This document shows positions 30,235 to 35,518 of a stretch of DNA of 35,518 nucleotides, in pieces (the stretch's first letter is position 1; every line of letters starts with the position of its first letter). The notes under the pieces are model-generated. The model did no database searches. It was not told where the DNA came from and worked only from the letters and a program-made list of their open reading frames with translations. Origin of the DNA: a virus (lineage: Duplodnaviria; Caudoviricetes); the IMG/VR virus record IMGVR_UViG_3300028588_000060, positions 1 to 35,518 of that record; one strand, written 5' to 3'. The translations under genes were made by a program, and so were the position numbers.

Positions 30235-31340
30235 TGGCGATCCCGACACTTACGCTTGTTGCCGCAACGACTAGCCAGCTGCAATTCAGCTTCAATAATC
30301 CGAACGGTGCCGGCGCCAACTACACCGTCGAGCTCAACCGGGCGGAAGACTTCTCGTCGGATGACTCGATTTTCCTCCAGGTTAACAACGTCGCCGCGGG
30401 CAGCGCGAACGGCTTCATCTTCCCGGGCCTACCGAGTGGGACGACATGGTACGCGCGCTTGATCAGCGCGGCCGGTGAAAGGTCGCCAGTCGTCATCGGG
30501 GCAACCTCGGTCGCGGCTCTGACCACGACGTACACGGGCTATTCGATCGCCAAGGCCCTGCTGGTAGTGCCCGTCGGCATCGTCAACCCACGAGCCGGCG
30601 GCAGTAACGGGACGTATGGGCTGTCGGGTTTCCCGGCCGCCAATCTGCTGCGGCCAGATCCTGCATCGACATTCCAGATGCGCAACAACGACGCAGGTGT
30701 AAGCGGCACCATATTCTTCGAGACGTCTGGCGAACCGATCGACGTTGTCGCGCTGCTCGGCCACAATCAGCCTGACGATGTTACGTGGGAGATCCACCAT
30801 TCCAAGACGGCGATCTTCAACGGCGCCGACGACACGATCTTGCCCTATACGACGATGCGCGTGTCGCCCTCTATCGGACAGCGACAATCCTATCATTCCT
30901 TCGCGCGGCTTCCGTCACCAACTACGGACCGCTTCTGGGCGATCAACATCATCTCGTCGTCGAGGCACCTGATAGCCCGCAACCTGGTGCTAGGCCGCGC
31001 ACGGGAGACCACCAACGCGGACAAGGGCGCCGGCTATGGCGTTAACGATCTAGGATCCGCCACGCGCACGCGCTTCGGTGTCCTCGATTCCGTCCGCGGA
31101 TGGCGTGGGAAGGTCGTCGACTTCGCGATGTCGTGGATCAGCGAGACAGAGTTTCAGGCGAAATGGGCAGATCTTCCCGGCCTGGTCGGCACCACAAAGG
31201 CGGTGCTCGCGATCCCGAACAGCAAGCGGAACATCCACCTGAACGATCGCATCGCCTTCGGGAACATCACGCAGATGCGGGGGGAGAACGTGCAGTCGTT
31301 CAAATATTCCCAGACCATCGAGATCAACAGCATTTACTAG
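30234..31340 (+). CDS. Probable distal tail protein with N-terminal Fn3-like domain
   Basis: GLPSGTTWYARL (Fn3-like); ANLL.P.P, IDVVALLGHN, GAGYGVNDLG motifs. Confidence 0.62.
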   Translation: MAIPTLTLVAATTSQLQFSFNNPNGAGANYTVELNRAEDFSSDDSIFLQVNNVAAGSANGFIFPGLPSGTTWYARLISAAGERSPVVIGATSVAALTTTYTGYSIAKALLVVPVGIVNPRAGGSNGTYGLSGFPAANLLRPDPASTFQMRNNDAGVSGTIFFETSGEPIDVVALLGHNQPDDVTWEIHHSKTAIFNGADDTILPYTTMRVSPSIGQRQSYHSFARLPSPTTDRFWAINIISSSRHLIARNLVLGRARETTNADKGAGYGVNDLGSATRTRFGVLDSVRGWRGKVVDFAMSWISETEFQAKWADLPGLVGTTKAVLAIPNSKRNIHLNDRIAFGNITQMRGENVQSFKYSQTIEINSIY

Positions 31341-31358
31341 GGCTGCGGGGGAATGGGG

Positions 31359-31439
31359 AACCCCCCTCCCGGGGGGGAGAGGGGGGTTACGGCGGCCCGG
31401 TGTTCAGGACTGACTGGGTACATGAACCCCGAGCCGCCG
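31359..31439. other. Two adjacent GC-rich hairpins and G-runs at the convergence of the two operons
   Basis: AACCCCCCTCCC/GGGA-GA-GGGGGGTT; CGGCGGC...GTTCA/TGAAC...GCCGCCG. Confidence 0.6.
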
Positions 31440-31472
31440 GTCGGGCGCACGGGAGCGAGCTCGACGAAAATT

Positions 31473-31501
31473 GATATGCCAGTGTCGGTTCGTCTCGACA
31501 A
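31473..31501 (-). promoter_or_regulatory. Candidate sigma70-type promoter firing leftward
   Basis: Minus strand TTGTCG-17 nt-CATATC. Confidence 0.35.
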
Positions 31502-31559
31502 GCGTTTCAGGCGAAACCTTTTTGCTCGCGCACATGCGCAGGAGAAGCGATCAAAATCG

Positions 31560-31715
31560 CTATTCGCTGGATCGATCGATGTAGCACCTGACGCAATCAC
31601 GCTGATGGCAGGCGGGGTCTTGGTAGGGGCAGCCGACCGGGCTGGTCATCGCCTCCCAGATACCGACTAGGACGCCGGCAGAGAAAGACACGATGAGACG
31701 AACAAAGTCGATCAT
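31560..31715 (-). CDS. Small membrane-anchored Cys-rich protein (51 aa; not in ORF track)
   Basis: ATGA overlap with upstream stop, AAAGGA RBS; MIDFVRLIVSFSAGVLVGIWEAMTSPVGCPYQDPACHQRDCVRCYIDRSSE. Confidence 0.6.
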   Translation of the reverse strand: MIDFVRLIVSFSAGVLVGIWEAMTSPVGCPYQDPACHQRDCVRCYIDRSSE

Positions 31716-31999
31716 AACGGTGGTCCTTTCGGGGTGGGCAAGCGGATCTGGGCAAAGGCTTTCGTGATGCTGTCGACGAACCGGCGCAGCGTGGCGCTGT
31801 GCTCGCGCAGGACATCGGAGATCGACACCATCTCGCGCTCGAAGCGCCGGATCTGCGCGCTGCGCAGCTGGCTCATGATCCGCTTCTGGCGCTTGAGCTT
31901 TCGACGATCGCCGGTGCGCGAATAGGCGATCTTCAAGGCGATGACGCGCCGCGCGCGTGCCTGGTCGCGGGCGGGCACCCGGATGACGGGATTATCCAT
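31712..31999 (-). CDS. Hypothetical basic protein
   Basis: GGGAG RBS; overlaps neighbours in operon. Confidence 0.65.
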   Translation of the reverse strand: MDNPVIRVPARDQARARRVIALKIAYSRTGDRRKLKRQKRIMSQLRSAQIRRFEREMVSISDVLREHSATLRRFVDSITKAFAQIRLPTPKGPPL

Positions 32000-32210
32000 C
32001 GTACGGCTCCCGCATCAGTGCCACGAACGCGAGCACGGACAGTCGCGCGTCGATGGCGCTGTGGCCTTTGTCGATCGCCGCGGCCCAGACATGCGCCAGT
32101 GCGACCGGATCGACGGCGTTGTAGACGCGGCGGGTGTGCGCAATTCCGTCTGAGGTAGGCGGCGGCAGCGGATCGCTGCTGCTCTTCGAGTTGCCTCGCA
32201 TGTTCATCAT
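31992..32210 (-). CDS. Hypothetical protein
   Basis: ATGA coupling, GGAGG nearby; exact start uncertain. Confidence 0.6.
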   Translation of the reverse strand: MMNMRGNSKSSSDPLPPPTSDGIAHTRRVYNAVDPVALAHVWAAAIDKGHSAIDARLSVLAFVALMREPYDG

Positions 32211-32734
32211 CCTCCCGTTGTTTGTTGCAGCTTACCGGTTTCGATATACCGCGCCAGATCCCGGTCGACCTGATCGCGAATGATGCGGCGCGCTTCCGGC
32301 GCGCTCAAATTGTGGCGACGACAAAGCGCCGTATATTCATCTCGATATTCCATCGGGATATCAGCCAGCTTGCGCGCGCGCTGCTTGCGGCGAGCGGCGG
32401 CGCGCGTCTCGGCAGACCAGTTCGCCGATCCGCCATTCGCCTTGCCGACCGCCCGCATCTGCTCTTGCGCCTGGCGCATCAGTTCTGGGTTCTCGCGCAG
32501 CTGCTTGGTCCGAGCCTCGGATATTCGACGGGATCGCGCACTGAGCACGTTCGGATCTGCCAGCTGCGCCTTGACCGTCCTCGCGATCTTGGCGTTGCGC
32601 TCGGGCCGCGACGCGACCTCCTGCCGTGCATGGTAGTGGCAGACTGTGCCCTTCCGCTTCACGTTGTACCGCAGCTGTGCCTCGCACCCCTCGATCGAGC
32701 ATGTGCCGATGATCGGCGGCCGCCATGTGCTCAC
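32207..32734 (-). CDS. Hypothetical basic protein with N-terminal C-x4-C...C-x2-H motif, probable nucleic-acid binder
   Basis: GTG 32734 with GAAGGGGG RBS; CSIEGC...CHYH; Arg-rich helices. Confidence 0.68.
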   Translation of the reverse strand: MSTWRPPIIGTCSIEGCEAQLRYNVKRKGTVCHYHARQEVASRPERNAKIARTVKAQLADPNVLSARSRRISEARTKQLRENPELMRQAQEQMRAVGKANGGSANWSAETRAAARRKQRARKLADIPMEYRDEYTALCRRHNLSAPEARRIIRDQVDRDLARYIETGKLQQTTGG

Positions 32735-32862
32735 CGGCGATCCCCCTTCCGCCCGTACGCCTTGCGCTGCCGGCGCTTGCCGATCTGCTTCGTCGGATCG
32801 TGGCGCAGATAGTCGGGTTGCGCGCGCTCGATGGTCGGCTGCATGACGGTGATGCGGATCAC
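32731..32862 (-). CDS. Small basic protein (43 aa; not in ORF track)
   Basis: GTGA overlaps at both ends, GGGGAG RBS; MIRITVMQPTIERAQPDYLRHDPTKQIGKRRQRKAYGRKGDRR. Confidence 0.6.
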   Translation of the reverse strand: MIRITVMQPTIERAQPDYLRHDPTKQIGKRRQRKAYGRKGDRR

Positions 32863-33317
32863 AGATCATCTCCCCGCTTCAATGCCTCGTCGATCACGTC
32901 GAACAGCCTCGGATCGATCAGCGCGCCGATCATCTCGTTCGGTGTGCACCCGCCTGCGCCTTTCGGCCGCGGTCGGAAGTCGATCGAGTCCATCAGCGCC
33001 CGCAACGCGGCCTCGATCCGACGCTCGCGCTCGGTCTTGCCGTCGTCGAAGTGATAGAGCGTGACGTGCGCCGGTGGCCTGCGCTGCTCGGCAGGCCACA
33101 GCATCCGGTCGATCAGTCCGACGATGATCGGGGCGATCATCTCCCCCGTCATGGCGTAGCAGGAATCGACGAGCGGTTCGGTGCGGGCAACGCCGTCCAT
33201 GTCCATATCGGCGGGCAGCGTGACCGTAACGGTATCGTCACCGTACGCGAGGTTCGCGCCTGCCCGCCTGGTGATGACGTACCCGCCGATCTCGACGCGG
33301 AATGGGTGCTGCTTCAT
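32859..33317 (-). CDS. Hypothetical protein
   Basis: ATGA overlap with methyltransferase stop; AAAGG RBS. Confidence 0.7.
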   Translation of the reverse strand: MKQHPFRVEIGGYVITRRAGANLAYGDDTVTVTLPADMDMDGVARTEPLVDSCYAMTGEMIAPIIVGLIDRMLWPAEQRRPPAHVTLYHFDDGKTERERRIEAALRALMDSIDFRPRPKGAGGCTPNEMIGALIDPRLFDVIDEALKRGDDL

Positions 33318-35257
33318 GCGGCAAGCCTTTCTGTTTCAGCATGGGGTTGGTTGGCGATCACCAGCGCGCGGGCAACCGGGGGGCAGACGCTGTTGCCGAT
33401 CGCGCTGATCTGCTCGGCGATCGTCAGCGGCTTCTCGACCCATTTGCCGCGCACCTGCTTGCGCACGATCGGATCGAGCACGTAGCCTTCGGGGAAGCCT
33501 TGGGCGCGCGCGAGCTCCCGCGGTTTCAGCATGCGCAGGCCGATGTCGACGATGATGTAGGTCTTGGCGTCGATCGTCACCGTCACGACGGCGAAGCGCG
33601 CCACGGTGGTGATGGTATCGAGCGAACGCGTCACCGCCTGGATCTGCGCCGCCTCGCTCTCCCCGCCGGTCCCGTAGAACTTCACGAGGAACGCTGCGGT
33701 CGTAACTGCCCGCTCGAGCAGGTGCGGCGGCAGCGCGTCGGCGTCGACCAGTGTCGTCTCGACCAGGCGCTGATGCGATCCTGCGGTGGTGATCGTTGAC
33801 ACGGGCGACGTCGCCGCGTGACCGACGCGCCCGGTGTTCGCCTGTTCCATGTGCGCTGCGACGATGGCGTGATGCGTGCCTCCTGCCCGCGCGGTGCGCA
33901 GCGGCTGTTTCAGATCCCCGCCCGCGCCGCGCGTATCGCTACCGTAGAAGCTGGAGAGCAGCGCAGTGACGGCGGCGGCCTGCGATCCCTTTGCCGTGAT
34001 CGTGCCGAGCGGCTTGGCCGGATCGAGCGCGCGCGGATCCTGCCCTTCGCGCTCCCCGTTGCCCATCTTGACCAGCGTGGCGCCGGCGAGCCCGAAAGTC
34101 GGATCGCAGGCGGTGGTCCGCAATGGTTCGTCGACCGGGTTGCTGGCGCGGACCTTGCCCCCCGGCTTCTCGCCATAGAACGGCGTGATCACCGCGGCAG
34201 CAAGGCCGAGGGGCATCGCCCCCGCAGGCCGCGCAGGCTCGCCGTTCGCCGTGACGGTCGGCATGGGCAGATCCGCGGCCGACCCGATCGATCCGGTGCG
34301 GAACTTCGTGACGTGCGGTGCAAGCACGGCATCACTGACCGCAAACTCGCCGCCGTTGGCAGTGGTGATGGTGCGCAGCGGTTCCGACGTCGGGTGCACC
34401 CTGGGGCTCGTCTGCGTGTGCGTCACCGGCACGATGAACGGTTCGGCGGCGTTCACGACATAGCGCATGATCCCGTGCGCGATGCGGCGCTTCGTGGCGT
34501 CGGCGAGCTCGCGCTTGCGGTCGAAGATCGAGGGGCAGGGGATAGACCAGTCGATGCATTCGGCGGCGGTGCGATAGGGCAGCAGCGTCCCCTTGCGCAC
34601 GCCGACGGATTTCGCCGGGCCGTGCGTCGCCTTCGGCCACACGATCGGCAGGCCGTCATTGCGCATCACCATGTAGAGGCGCTTGCGGATCGTCGGCGCG
34701 CCATAGTCGCACGCGCGCAGGATCTTCCACTGGACGCGGTAGCCGAGCGCGCGGATCGCCTTCACGAAGCGGCGAAACTCGCGCCCCTCCTGCCCGACGA
34801 TCGGGCGGTTGTCGGCGTCGAGCGGCGCGGCGTACTGGAATTCCTCGACGTTCTCGAGATAGCCGCACGTCGGCGATACCTCTTTCAGCCAGTTAATTAC
34901 TTCCCAGCACAGCGCGCGAATGCTGCGGTCCTTCACGGGACCGCCCTTCGCCTTGCTGAATTCCTTGCAGTCGGGAGAGAACCAGGCGCCGGCGACGTGG
35001 CGCATCCGCGTGACCGCCTGCGGCCAGACCGCCTTGATGTCCTGGCAATGGTGCTCGGTCTCCGGGTGGTTCGCGCGGTGGATCGCGATCGCGCTGGGGC
35101 TATGGTTGATCGCGATGTCGACCGGGCGGCCGATCGCCTGCTCGATCCCGGTGCTGGCACCGCCGCCCCCGGCGAACCCGTCGATGAACAGGCCATCGAC
35201 GTTGATCGGGGTGAATGCGAGAGTAGAGGCGGCGATGAAGCCGTTGATAGCGGTCAT
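33314..35257 (-). CDS. DNA (cytosine-5) methyltransferase, phage type
   Basis: Motif I FAGGGG, IV SPDC, VI ENV, VIII TIRKRL, IX RMLKPRELARAQGFP, X IGNSV. Confidence 0.93.
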   Translation of the reverse strand: MTAINGFIAASTLAFTPINVDGLFIDGFAGGGGASTGIEQAIGRPVDIAINHSPSAIAIHRANHPETEHHCQDIKAVWPQAVTRMRHVAGAWFSPDCKEFSKAKGGPVKDRSIRALCWEVINWLKEVSPTCGYLENVEEFQYAAPLDADNRPIVGQEGREFRRFVKAIRALGYRVQWKILRACDYGAPTIRKRLYMVMRNDGLPIVWPKATHGPAKSVGVRKGTLLPYRTAAECIDWSIPCPSIFDRKRELADATKRRIAHGIMRYVVNAAEPFIVPVTHTQTSPRVHPTSEPLRTITTANGGEFAVSDAVLAPHVTKFRTGSIGSAADLPMPTVTANGEPARPAGAMPLGLAAAVITPFYGEKPGGKVRASNPVDEPLRTTACDPTFGLAGATLVKMGNGEREGQDPRALDPAKPLGTITAKGSQAAAVTALLSSFYGSDTRGAGGDLKQPLRTARAGGTHHAIVAAHMEQANTGRVGHAATSPVSTITTAGSHQRLVETTLVDADALPPHLLERAVTTAAFLVKFYGTGGESEAAQIQAVTRSLDTITTVARFAVVTVTIDAKTYIIVDIGLRMLKPRELARAQGFPEGYVLDPIVRKQVRGKWVEKPLTIAEQISAIGNSVCPPVARALVIANQPHAETERLAA

Positions 35258-35463
35258 GGCAGTCGTTCCTTCGTATCGGAAAAGTTTCGTTCGGACGGGC
35301 GGGCCTCACAGCCGTTCGCGAAGATCACAGTGTCGTCGTCGTGAATCTCTCGACGCATCCGCGTATCGTTGCCCATGTGGATGAAATGCGGCGCACCCCA
35401 GACAGCCACGGCCGACCAGTATTCATCGCCCCGGAAGCCGACGAAGTGCACCGCGGGTTTCAT
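35254..35463 (-). CDS. Hypothetical phage protein (69 aa)
   Basis: ATGA overlaps on both sides; HFVGFRGDEY...VWG.P.FIH. Confidence 0.75.
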   Translation of the reverse strand: MKPAVHFVGFRGDEYWSAVAVWGAPHFIHMGNDTRMRREIHDDDTVIFANGCEARPSERNFSDTKERLP

Positions 35464-35518
35464 GCGATGACGTCCCCATTCTGATTGTCCAAGACGAACT
35501 GAGCGAGCGCCACCAGGT
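35460..35518 (-). CDS. 3' end of upstream gene (partial)
   Basis: Open frame ...LVALAQFVLDNQNGDVIA* with ATGA overlap. Confidence 0.45.
   Translation of the reverse strand, partial: LVALAQFVLDNQNGDVIA

Noticed and set aside
31353-31670. 105-aa plus-strand ORF
   Set aside because: Runs through structured G/C tracts and is antisense to the coupled 51-aa gene; no protein-like features
33818-35344. 508-aa plus-strand ORF
   Set aside because: Antisense shadow of the methyltransferase

Overview
The whole window is a GC-rich lambda-like tailed phage or prophage. An alphaproteobacterial, possibly sphingomonad, host is inferred from sequence style only. The + strand (1-31340) carries a late operon. 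The head genes are terS end, GpA-type terL, gpW, portal, S49 protease, scaffold, decoration protein and gpE-type capsid. Head-tail connectors, tail tube and a tail-assembly chaperone with a clear -1 frameshift follow. A ~6 kb insert then separates the chaperone region from the tape measure gene. It holds a Calx-beta/SGNH-esterase/lectin-like protein, a signal-peptide GH5 glycoside hydrolase, small ORFs and a structured 74-nt element ending in ACCA. Downstream are a modular collagen-linked tail-tip protein, three membrane proteins with no recognisable endolysin, and two displaced tail-tip genes. The - strand (31560-35518) is a convergent early-type operon with an orphan C5 DNA methyltransferase and small coupled ORFs. 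No integrase, att site, CRISPR, rRNA or canonical tRNA is visible. All family calls come from reading motifs and synteny, not from database searches.
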